IMG/VR virus record: IMGVR_UViG_3300046004_001609
Location: 1 to 62,391 of that record
Direction: 5' to 3' (one strand)
DNA from: a virus
Lineage: Duplodnaviria; Caudoviricetes
Length of the DNA: 62,391 nucleotides
Every line of letters starts with the position of its first letter. Positions within the stretch are counted from its first letter, which is position 1. Under the pieces are notes generated by a model. The model ran no database searches. It was not told where the DNA came from and saw only the letters and a program-made list of their open reading frames with translations. Shown one piece after another: positions 37,921 through 46,366 of the stretch. A program made the position numbers and the translations under genes.

Positions 37921-38972
37921 TGAACGAAGCACAATATAAGGATATATTTAAGGATCCAGAAACCATTAAAAACCTAAAAAGTAAAAACGTTACATCAAGA
38001 GAAAGAATGCTTGGTAACGAAAAATTAATGAAGGTCCTTCAACGTTCTCAAGAATTAATTTCTGAGTTAATGAAAGATGAAGCACCATATAAAAGCCAAT
38101 TAGAAAAATTAGCTGTAGATATGGTTAAAAGAATGTATCCTGTTATTGAAGAATTTGATATTGAAATAGAAGCAACATTAGGTGAAGCTAAATTACAAGG
38201 TGGAGGTAGTCCACCTGATGAAGAACCATCATCTGATTTACCTTCAGTAGATATAATGAATGACGAAGTAGCTAAAAGAAGACTTATAAATGCTATTACT
38301 CAAGGTGCTTCAATTAGAGGTGCTTTAGATAAACCATTTATGGATTTCTTAAATGAAGTTCCCGATAACTTATTAGATAGTTATAATGAAACTTTAGCCG
38401 GTATAGATAATAGTGTAGACAAATATGGTGAAACATTAAAGAAAGTATTCGGTATATTTTATGATGAAGAAGCATTAGCAATGTTCTTAGCTATGTTAGC
38501 AGGTGGTGCTGGTGGTGAAGCTCAAGGTGGTGAATCAGAAGCTGAATTTGATGAGGAAGAAGGTAAATTAAAAATCAGAGCAACTGGTTTAATATTTCCA
38601 TTTTTAATTCATGAAATTATTAAAGGTTTATACGAAATTGTATCATTACAAGGATTTACTAAAAGCAAAGAACAAAACCAAGCAACAGTAGATGCTACAG
38701 ATCAATTAGGATATGAACCAGAAGATTTTTCTGTAGGTACACATATTCAAGAAGCATTAGAAAGATTATATAATGAAGCTAATGTTCGTGATAAAGTAGC
38801 ATTTGAATTATTTTTAGCTAATTTATATAGAGAAGATGATGCAGCTGCATTCGTTTCATTTATTGAAAATATTATCAATGATAGATTAACATCATCTCAA
38901 AAACGTTGGGCTCTAGATTATATGGAACCAGCAAAAGAAGAAGATGAAGATGAAGGATATGAAGAATACTAA
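37920..38972 (+). CDS. Hypothetical helical acidic protein
   Basis: KRRLINAITQGA; IHEIIKG. Confidence 0.85.
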   Translation: MNEAQYKDIFKDPETIKNLKSKNVTSRERMLGNEKLMKVLQRSQELISELMKDEAPYKSQLEKLAVDMVKRMYPVIEEFDIEIEATLGEAKLQGGGSPPDEEPSSDLPSVDIMNDEVAKRRLINAITQGASIRGALDKPFMDFLNEVPDNLLDSYNETLAGIDNSVDKYGETLKKVFGIFYDEEALAMFLAMLAGGAGGEAQGGESEAEFDEEEGKLKIRATGLIFPFLIHEIIKGLYEIVSLQGFTKSKEQNQATVDATDQLGYEPEDFSVGTHIQEALERLYNEANVRDKVAFELFLANLYREDDAAAFVSFIENIINDRLTSSQKRWALDYMEPAKEEDEDEGYEEY

Positions 38973-38977
38973 ACAAT

Positions 38978-39415
38978 ATGAATAACTTTGATTTAAGAAA
39001 ATATTTAACTGAAGGTAAATTATATGAGGCAGCTATGTCTTGTCCTTTACCCACTCAAAATTTAGAACTTAACACTAAAAATAGAGACTCATCCATTAAA
39101 GCAGATTATATTAAATATGGTCCTTTAAATGTTGATGAACCTGGAGATTTCTGGGAAGAATTAGCAGGACATTGGGATACAACGGTTGAAGCTGCTCAAC
39201 AATCTTTATGTGGTAATTGTGCTGCATTTGATATATCTCCAAGAATGGAAGATTGTATGCCTGGATCATTATCAGATGATGATGGTAAACTAGGATATTG
39301 TTGGATGCATAGTTTTAAATGCCATTCAGCTCGTACTTGTAGAACATGGGCTAAAGGAGGTCCTATAGTTAAAGATGTTATATCTTATGATTGGCAAGAA
39401 CGTAAAGGAGAATGA
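38978..39415 (+). CDS. Cys-rich putative metal/Fe-S-binding protein
   Basis: CGNCAAF...C...GYC...C...CRTW; tag MNNFDLRKYLTE. Confidence 0.75.
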   Translation: MNNFDLRKYLTEGKLYEAAMSCPLPTQNLELNTKNRDSSIKADYIKYGPLNVDEPGDFWEELAGHWDTTVEAAQQSLCGNCAAFDISPRMEDCMPGSLSDDDGKLGYCWMHSFKCHSARTCRTWAKGGPIVKDVISYDWQERKGE

Positions 39416-39558
39416 TTAAACTAATAGATATATTAAAAGAATTAGTAACCAAAACAGAAATCATTTGTGATAACTGTGGGTGGAGATGGAAAATTGTAGA
39501 TGGTGGAGATGATTTATACATTTGTCACAAATGTGGACATGACAATACCCCAGAATGA
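39412..39558 (+). CDS. Small zinc-ribbon protein (48 aa), absent from the ORF track
   Basis: MIKLIDILKE...CDNCGW...CHKCG; overlaps both neighbours by 4 nt. Confidence 0.8.
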   Translation: MIKLIDILKELVTKTEIICDNCGWRWKIVDGGDDLYICHKCGHDNTPE

Positions 39559-39815
39559 CCCCATACACCGACATAGAAGTTACTGATAAATACATTATTC
39601 GTGAATTTGATGAAAACATCGATCCAATCGAATTAATGTGGCATCGTGATGATGAAAGTCGTACATTAGAAATAATTGGTGAAACAGATTGGAAAATACA
39701 GTTAGATAATAAATTACCGATCTTACTAGAAAGCCATATATTTATACCAAAACACGAGTATCATAGAGTAATTAAAGGTACAAAAACATTAAAATTAAAA
39801 ATATACAAAAAATGA
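39555..39815 (+). CDS. Cupin-fold protein
   Basis: WHRD...FIPKHEYHRVIKG. Confidence 0.75.
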   Translation: MTPYTDIEVTDKYIIREFDENIDPIELMWHRDDESRTLEIIGETDWKIQLDNKLPILLESHIFIPKHEYHRVIKGTKTLKLKIYKK

Positions 39816-40432
39816 GTAAATTAAGACAACTAATCCGCGAATCAATTACTAATTATATTAGTGAAATAAATGAGGCGGGAGATATTTCAGCTTGTGAGTC
39901 AAAAATATTAAAAACTCGAGAAGCTATTGAACTTCGTGAAAAGAAAATAAGTAAGGAGGGCATCGATGAAGCTTATCATGATATGCTTGATGAAAACAAA
40001 TTAAAAGAATTTGCTAAAGAAATTAAAATATTAGAGAAAAGTTTAGCTAAACATGAAAAAATGTTAGAAAAACTTAAATCAAAAGCTAATAAAGGAGAAA
40101 AAGTAGAAGATACTGAAGAAAAAGAAATCGTTGATGAAGTTTCAATTGATGAAAACGCAGAAGATGGTCCATATAAAGTAGATCCAAAAGATAGAAAATA
40201 TTTATCAATGCCAGGAATGGAAAATTTTGATGAAGATGAAAGATTTGATGCTGATGGCACTCCAAACGAAGAAGGAATGTATGATGCAGAAGGAAATCGT
40301 ATTTCATTTGCAGATATTGATAAAGCAATGTATGATGGAGAAGCAGAATATATGAATGAATCATTTTTACACATGCAAAAATTAGCTGGTGTAATTACTG
40401 AAGCACAATACAAAGATAAGTTAAAGAAATAA
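39812..40432 (+). CDS. Hypothetical protein with N- and C-terminal tags
   Basis: MSKLRQLIRESI...; ...ESFLHMQKLAGVITE. Confidence 0.8.
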   Translation: MSKLRQLIRESITNYISEINEAGDISACESKILKTREAIELREKKISKEGIDEAYHDMLDENKLKEFAKEIKILEKSLAKHEKMLEKLKSKANKGEKVEDTEEKEIVDEVSIDENAEDGPYKVDPKDRKYLSMPGMENFDEDERFDADGTPNEEGMYDAEGNRISFADIDKAMYDGEAEYMNESFLHMQKLAGVITEAQYKDKLKK

Positions 40433-40488
40433 ATTTTTATAGAACACATTCATTGCGTGTTCGAATATAACAAAGTTAAAGGAGTAGT

Positions 40489-40521
40489 GGCCTGATCTTA
40501 TTTAAAGGATCGGGCCTCTTT
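40489..40521 (+). terminator. Terminator-like hairpin
   Basis: GGCCTGATC/GATCGGGCC stem followed by TCTTT. Confidence 0.65.
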
Positions 40522-40524
40522 AAT

Positions 40525-40553
40525 TTGGCTTACTTAATAAAATAACTTATATT
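40525..40553 (+). promoter_or_regulatory. TTGG-N19-TATATT promoter
   Basis: Exact motif upstream of ORF 40571. Confidence 0.7.
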
Positions 40554-40570
40554 TACTAAAAATAAAGGTT

Positions 40571-41044
40571 ATGAATATATTTTATATTAATGAAGACCCA
40601 ATCATTGCAGCACGTGAGCTGGCAGATGATCATATTAGAAAAATGCAAATTGAATCTGCACAAATGTGTTGTACCGCTCATTGGGAAACAGGTAAAGAAG
40701 CACCATATAAACGTGCTCATAAAAACCACCCATCAACAATATGGGTAAGACAATCTATCCAACATTATAGATGGCTTATAGCTCATGGTTTAGAAATTTG
40801 TAATGAATTTGAAAAACGCTATGGTAAATCTCATAAAACAAAAGAAGTATTAGAATGGTGTAAAATAAATGAACCTAATATTCCTAACAATGAGTTTATA
40901 ACCCCCCCACAATGTATGCCTGATGAATTTAAAGGACCAAATACTTTGGATGCTTATAAAAGATTTTATATATTAGATAAAGTAAAAATTAAAAAATTAG
41001 ATTGGAAAAAATTAAACAACAAACCAGAATGGATAAAAGAATAG
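40571..41044 (+). CDS. Pyrimidine-dimer DNA glycosylase (DenV)-related protein
   Basis: MNIFY...DDHIRKMQIESAQM...HKNHPSTIW...PQCMP pattern. Confidence 0.7.
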   Translation: MNIFYINEDPIIAARELADDHIRKMQIESAQMCCTAHWETGKEAPYKRAHKNHPSTIWVRQSIQHYRWLIAHGLEICNEFEKRYGKSHKTKEVLEWCKINEPNIPNNEFITPPQCMPDEFKGPNTLDAYKRFYILDKVKIKKLDWKKLNNKPEWIKE

Positions 41045-42354
41045 TAATTGTAGGAAGTGGGGTTGCAGGTATAAATGCTGCAACTAAATTAGTAGATAAT
41101 GGATACCCAGGTGAACTTATTACTATCATTGATAAAGGAAATGACCCACACAATCGTTTACCTGAAGAAGTAATGACAGGTATGTTAGGAGCAGGAGGTT
41201 GGAGTGACGGTAAATTAACATATCATACTGAAATTGGAGGGCAATTAGCAAAATATTGTGGTGAAGACAAAGCAATGGATTTAATGAAACAAGTAGTAGA
41301 TAACTTTACTCGTTTCCATCCTAAACCAGAAGAAATATCTTTATCCAACCCAATTGAAGAACCAGAATTTATTAAACCATATTTTGGATTACGTTTATTC
41401 CCTGTATGGCATATCGGTTCAAATTATTTACATGAAATTGCTAAAAATTGGTACTCATATTTAGTTGATAAAGGTGTTAAGTTTTTATGGAATGCTGAAG
41501 TGGATAATATATCATTTAAAGATGAAGAGGTTTGTGGATATCTTAATGTACATCAAGGGAAAAGTGACGATGATGTATTTCAAATATTGTACGATAAATT
41601 AATATTCGCAGTAGGCAAATCAGGTATTGATTTTGCTCAAAAATTAGCAGATGACTATAAATTACCTAATGAACCTAAATCAGTACAAATAGGTGTTCGA
41701 TTTGAAGCACCACAAAAATATTTCCAAAAATTAATCGATGTATCTTATGATTTCAAACTTTATCAGAAATTTGATAATATTTCTTTACGTAGCTTTTGTA
41801 CTAACAATAACGCTGCTTATGTGGCTGTTGAAGAAACTTATGGTGATGTTAGTTACAATGGTCACGCCAAAAAAGGAGAACAATTCCGGAACGACATGAC
41901 TAACTTTGGTATCTTAATGGAAATTAAAGGTATTGAAGATCCATTTAAATGGTCAAGAGATGTAGTTGATAAATTACAATCAAATGGAACAGGATTGTAT
42001 TACTCACCAGGCAATACTCGTAAACCAGGATTAACATCAGAATGTACAACTGTATCTGCTACACAAATAGATTGGTTAGAGTTAATTAAAGTAACAGAAG
42101 TGATGAATCCATACTTTGAATATATTGTTAATTTTATTGATGACATGAAAAAGGTGTTCCCTGAAATGGGTGATGATTGGGGAATGTATATACCTGAAGT
42201 AAAATATTTAAGTCCTGAACCATTAGTAAATTATACTGACTTATCATTAAATAAATATCCAAATGTTCATTTTGTTGGTGATGCATTAAGTGCTCGTGGT
42301 ATTACTGTTAGTGGTGCGCATGGAATTTATGTTGCAGAAGCCTTGCTTTCGTAA
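41029..42354 (+). CDS. FAD-dependent oxidoreductase
   Basis: IVIVGSGVAG Rossmann motif; GAGGWSDGKL; FCTN; FVGDA; ATG 41029 preferred. Confidence 0.9.
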   Translation: MDKRIVIVGSGVAGINAATKLVDNGYPGELITIIDKGNDPHNRLPEEVMTGMLGAGGWSDGKLTYHTEIGGQLAKYCGEDKAMDLMKQVVDNFTRFHPKPEEISLSNPIEEPEFIKPYFGLRLFPVWHIGSNYLHEIAKNWYSYLVDKGVKFLWNAEVDNISFKDEEVCGYLNVHQGKSDDDVFQILYDKLIFAVGKSGIDFAQKLADDYKLPNEPKSVQIGVRFEAPQKYFQKLIDVSYDFKLYQKFDNISLRSFCTNNNAAYVAVEETYGDVSYNGHAKKGEQFRNDMTNFGILMEIKGIEDPFKWSRDVVDKLQSNGTGLYYSPGNTRKPGLTSECTTVSATQIDWLELIKVTEVMNPYFEYIVNFIDDMKKVFPEMGDDWGMYIPEVKYLSPEPLVNYTDLSLNKYPNVHFVGDALSARGITVSGAHGIYVAEALLS

Positions 42355-42416
42355 TATTTATATTCATGGAAGATAACGACTACCCTGACTTTATTGAAAA
42401 TTTTTAAATATAAATT

Positions 42417-42719
42417 ATGAAAAACTTAAAAGAACTTGTACGTAAACAGTTAAAGGAAATGGCTCGCCCAGCTCAATCTTATACAATTGGAGACCTAACA
42501 AAAGCTGACACATTAATCAGTTCATATGCTCAAACTGAAAGATTTAAATGGATAGGTAATACAATTCAAATAATAAAAGATGCAGGTGAAACTGGTATTT
42601 TACTTATGGATTTATTAGATAAATTATCTGAAGAATATAGACAAAATAAAACATCACAAGAAATAAATCCACCACTAGGACGTTTAGTAGATAGTGGAAT
42701 ATTAAGAAGAGGTAGATAA
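42417..42719 (+). CDS. Hypothetical protein, tag plus winged-helix-like domain
   Basis: Starts MKNLKELVRKQLKE; similar to a segment of 43330. Confidence 0.75.
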   Translation: MKNLKELVRKQLKEMARPAQSYTIGDLTKADTLISSYAQTERFKWIGNTIQIIKDAGETGILLMDLLDKLSEEYRQNKTSQEINPPLGRLVDSGILRRGR

Positions 42720-42729
42720 ATTAGAGGGC

Positions 42730-42758
42730 TTGGATTACCAAGCCTTCATTTGTACATT
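42730..42758 (+). promoter_or_regulatory. TTGG-N19-TACATT promoter
   Basis: Exact motif; its TTG is the track's spurious start codon. Confidence 0.7.
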
Positions 42759-42774
42759 TACAAAAACAAAAGTT

Positions 42775-43305
42775 ATGAAAATAGGATTTACAGGAACAGT
42801 CTCGGTTGGAAAAACCACATTAGTAAAATCGCTACAAGAATTACCTGAATTTAAACACTATAATTTTTCTACTGAACGTAGTAAATATTTACGTGATTTA
42901 GGTATACCTTTAAATACGGATAGTACATTAAAAGGACAAACAGTATTCTTAGCAGAAAGATGCAGTGAATTAATTCAAACAAACGTTATAACGGATAGAA
43001 CAGTAATAGATGTTATGGCATTTACACTCAATGCTCAATCAATTGACATCGCAGATAAACACGGATTTGAAGAATATGCTTCTCGTTTTATTGATGAATA
43101 TGATTGGATATTTTATGTAAGCCCATCAGGTGTAGGTATTGAAGATAATAATGTACGTACTACAGATGCTGAATATCGTAAACAAATAGATAAAACAATT
43201 AAACATTTATGTTCTTTAAATTTAGACCGTATCCAAAATTTTGGTATTATAACGGGTTCTAATGAGGATAGAATCAGACAAATACAATCTTATTTAAATT
43301 TGTAA
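42775..43305 (+). CDS. P-loop nucleotide-kinase-like protein (AAA_28/NadR-type)
   Basis: GTVSVGKTT Walker A; TDRTVID; EDNNVR. Confidence 0.85.
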   Translation: MKIGFTGTVSVGKTTLVKSLQELPEFKHYNFSTERSKYLRDLGIPLNTDSTLKGQTVFLAERCSELIQTNVITDRTVIDVMAFTLNAQSIDIADKHGFEEYASRFIDEYDWIFYVSPSGVGIEDNNVRTTDAEYRKQIDKTIKHLCSLNLDRIQNFGIITGSNEDRIRQIQSYLNL

Positions 43306-43329
43306 TATTTATAATAAAACTCTACATAA

Positions 43330-44202
43330 ATGAAACGCAAAGACTTATATAAATACATTCGTACTGAAATTATTAATGAATTAACTGAGGATGCAACAGC
43401 AATGGTAACTAGCAAAGCTGGTACTAAATCAGTATCATATAAAAATCCAACAGAATTAGATGCTTTAAAAAGAGATTCTAATGTATCAAGTATTACTACT
43501 ACAGCAGGTCAAAAAATTAAAGAGGCTCGTAAAGGTAGTAGTATCAAAGCTGGTGAAAATTTTGCTGCTATTAAAAGTGCATATGCCGGTAGTATAATTG
43601 AAAGAATTTTAAATAAAATTGAAGAAGCAGGTGATGCAGGTGTAACACCAAAAGAAATAATGGTGGCTGTAGGTATTAAAGCCCCATCTCAATTAAATCC
43701 AATAATGAGAGAACTTATGGAATTAGGTGCTATTTCAGGTCCACCTCCAAGAGAAGAAGCTGAACCAGAAGAAATTACACCTGAAGATGATTTAGCAAGT
43801 ATCGGCATTCCAAAAGTAACTGACAACCCAGAAGATAAAGAAGTAGATGACGATGAATTAGTTGTAGCGGATGATGAATATTACAAATCAGAAGAGGAAG
43901 AAGATTCAACTGAAGAAGAACCTAAAGTAATAGATATTAAAGCTGCAGATAAAGAAGCTGAAAAAGTAGTAGGTGGAAACTCAAATGCTAAAAAATTATC
44001 TCCTGCAGATGAAGAAAAATATACTAAACTTAAAGCCGGTATAATAGCAAAAATAACAAAAATCAAAAAATTACCAGTGGCAAAACGAGTAACATCAGAT
44101 GACTTTAAAATTTTAAAACAATTAATTGCTAGAGAAGATGTTAAAAAATTATTTAAAGATAAAGGTGTTAGTTTAAAAAATGTAGTTTCAGATGTAATGT
44201 AA
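43330..44202 (+). CDS. Hypothetical modular protein with tag, winged-helix-like segment and acidic linker
   Basis: Starts MKRKDLYKYIRTEIINELTE. Confidence 0.85.
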   Translation: MKRKDLYKYIRTEIINELTEDATAMVTSKAGTKSVSYKNPTELDALKRDSNVSSITTTAGQKIKEARKGSSIKAGENFAAIKSAYAGSIIERILNKIEEAGDAGVTPKEIMVAVGIKAPSQLNPIMRELMELGAISGPPPREEAEPEEITPEDDLASIGIPKVTDNPEDKEVDDDELVVADDEYYKSEEEEDSTEEEPKVIDIKAADKEAEKVVGGNSNAKKLSPADEEKYTKLKAGIIAKITKIKKLPVAKRVTSDDFKILKQLIAREDVKKLFKDKGVSLKNVVSDVM

Positions 44203-44203
44203 T

Positions 44204-44785
44204 ATGAAGAAAAATAAATTTTATTTTATTATTATTTTAATTTTAATCATTATCATTTTTTTACAAAAATGTATTGGTGATGGATTAGGTAGAAAAGATA
44301 AAACTATTCATGATACTATTACTACTATAGATACATCATATATTACAATTACTAAAGAGATTCCAAAATATACTCCAAAATGGAATATAAAAATACAATA
44401 TACTCACGATACAATTAAAGTAATTGATACAGCATATGTAATAGGAGATTATTATTCTACATATGTTTATAAAGATTCATTAATAACAGATACTTTAAAA
44501 GTATACATAAATGATTCTATATCTCAAAATAAAATTAAAATAAGAGATATAAAATATAAAATTACATTACCTATAGTAACTATTACTAATAACATAACTA
44601 AAAGAAGAAATGAATTTTATTATGGATTTAACATAGCAGGCGAAAAATCAGGAATAAATAGTTTTGGCCCAGAATTAATGTTAAAAACAAAAAACAGTTC
44701 AGCATATGGAATTGGGGTTGGATTAAATAGAAATTTCCAACCAATAATAAGTTTTAAAATGTACTGGAAGATAGGAAAAAAATAA
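44204..44785 (+). CDS. Membrane-anchored envelope protein (possible lysis/spanin-like)
   Basis: N-terminal TM followed by Cys; several D-[ST]-[AIL] motifs; amphipathic beta-strand C-terminus. Confidence 0.7.
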   Translation: MKKNKFYFIIILILIIIIFLQKCIGDGLGRKDKTIHDTITTIDTSYITITKEIPKYTPKWNIKIQYTHDTIKVIDTAYVIGDYYSTYVYKDSLITDTLKVYINDSISQNKIKIRDIKYKITLPIVTITNNITKRRNEFYYGFNIAGEKSGINSFGPELMLKTKNSSAYGIGVGLNRNFQPIISFKMYWKIGKK

Positions 44786-46357
44786 ATGTCACAAGATTTA
44801 AAACAAATAATAAGAGATGAATATATTCTTTGCGCAAAGGATCCAAGTCACTTTATGCGTAAGTACTGTAATATCCAACATCCTCAACGCGGGCGAGTTA
44901 TATTTAATTTATACCCGTTCCAGGCTAAAGTATTAAATCTATGGAAAGAAAATCAATATTCTATAGTACTAAAATCTAGACAGTTAGGTATATCAACATT
45001 AGCAGCAGGATATTCTTTATGGTTAATGACTTTTCATAAAGACAAAAACGTACTTTGTTTAGCTACCAAGCAGGAAACTGCTAAAAACATGGTAACTAAA
45101 GTAAAATTTATGTATGACAATTTACCATCATGGTTAAAAGTACCACATGAAGAAAATAATAAATTAACATTAAGATTAACTAATGGATCACAAGTTAAAG
45201 CGGTATCAGCAGCTGGTGATGCAGGTAGATCTGAAGCAGTATCTTTATTAATAATAGATGAGGCTGCATTTATTGAAAATATCGAACCAATTTGGGCCTC
45301 AGCTCAACAAACCTTAGCTACAGGTGGTGGAGCAATTGTATTATCAACTCCATTTGGTACAGGTAACTGGTTCCATAAAACATGGGTTGAAGCAGAATCT
45401 CAAAATAATGACTTTTTACCAATTAAATTACCTTGGTATGTACATCCAGAACGAGATGAAAGTTGGAGAAAAGAACAAGATAGAAAATTAGGTGATCCTA
45501 GATTAGCAGCTCAAGAATGTGACTGTGACTTTACAACATCTGGTGATGTAGTATATTATCCTGAACATCTTGAATATATGAGTACTACTCATGTAGTTGA
45601 TCCAATGGAAAGAAGAGGAGTAGATAGAAATTTATGGATATGGGAATCCCCAGATTATACAAGAAATTACATAGTATCAGCTGACGTTGCTAGAGGAGAT
45701 GGAAAGGATTATTCAGCATTCCATATATTTGATTTAGAGACTAATGCACAAGTAGCTGAATATAGAGGACAAATATCCCCTAAAGAATTTGGATATATGT
45801 TAGTAGGTATAGCTACCGAATATAACGAAGCAATGTTAGTAGTTGAAAATGCAAACATTGGTTGGTCGACATTAGACTCAATTATAGAAAGAGGATATAG
45901 AAATCTATATTATTCATCTAAGGGTGACTCTTCAGCTTCTGATTCGTATCTTAGTCAATATGAAGATCAATCAAAAATGACACCTGGTTTTACTATGTCA
46001 TTAAGAACTCGCCCATTGTTAATTAACAAAGGAAGAGAATATTTTGGTGATCACAGTGTTATACTTAGATCAAAACGTTTAATAGAAGAAATGAAAGTAT
46101 TTATTTGGAGAAACGGAAGAGCAGAAGCACAATCAGGGTACAATGACGATTTAGTTATGTCTTACAGTATAGCAATGTACGTTAGAGATACAGCATTAAA
46201 GAATAAACAACAAGGAATAGAATTAACTAAAGCAGCAATAAACAATATATCAAGACCAAATCAACAACAAGGGGCTTACTTCGCATCGGGAAAGGATAAT
46301 CCATACTCAATGACTGTAGGCAACAATCAAAGTGAAGATATTTCTTGGTTACTCTAA
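44786..46357 (+). CDS. terL: Terminase large subunit (gp17-like)
   Basis: KSRQLGIS, LIIDEAAF, LSTP, ADVARGDGKDYS, DDLVMS. Confidence 0.95.
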   Translation: MSQDLKQIIRDEYILCAKDPSHFMRKYCNIQHPQRGRVIFNLYPFQAKVLNLWKENQYSIVLKSRQLGISTLAAGYSLWLMTFHKDKNVLCLATKQETAKNMVTKVKFMYDNLPSWLKVPHEENNKLTLRLTNGSQVKAVSAAGDAGRSEAVSLLIIDEAAFIENIEPIWASAQQTLATGGGAIVLSTPFGTGNWFHKTWVEAESQNNDFLPIKLPWYVHPERDESWRKEQDRKLGDPRLAAQECDCDFTTSGDVVYYPEHLEYMSTTHVVDPMERRGVDRNLWIWESPDYTRNYIVSADVARGDGKDYSAFHIFDLETNAQVAEYRGQISPKEFGYMLVGIATEYNEAMLVVENANIGWSTLDSIIERGYRNLYYSSKGDSSASDSYLSQYEDQSKMTPGFTMSLRTRPLLINKGREYFGDHSVILRSKRLIEEMKVFIWRNGRAEAQSGYNDDLVMSYSIAMYVRDTALKNKQQGIELTKAAINNISRPNQQQGAYFASGKDNPYSMTVGNNQSEDISWLL

Positions 46358-46366
46358 AAATAAAAA

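Noticed and set aside
42366-42407. 13-codon ORF MEDNDYPDFIENF
   Set aside because: Too short to support; it may be only leader sequence.
206-42774. Track start codons at 206, 24922, 29784, 34248, 41002 and 42730
   Set aside because: These TTG/GTG starts overlap promoters or upstream genes; downstream ATGs fit the motifs and gene coupling better.
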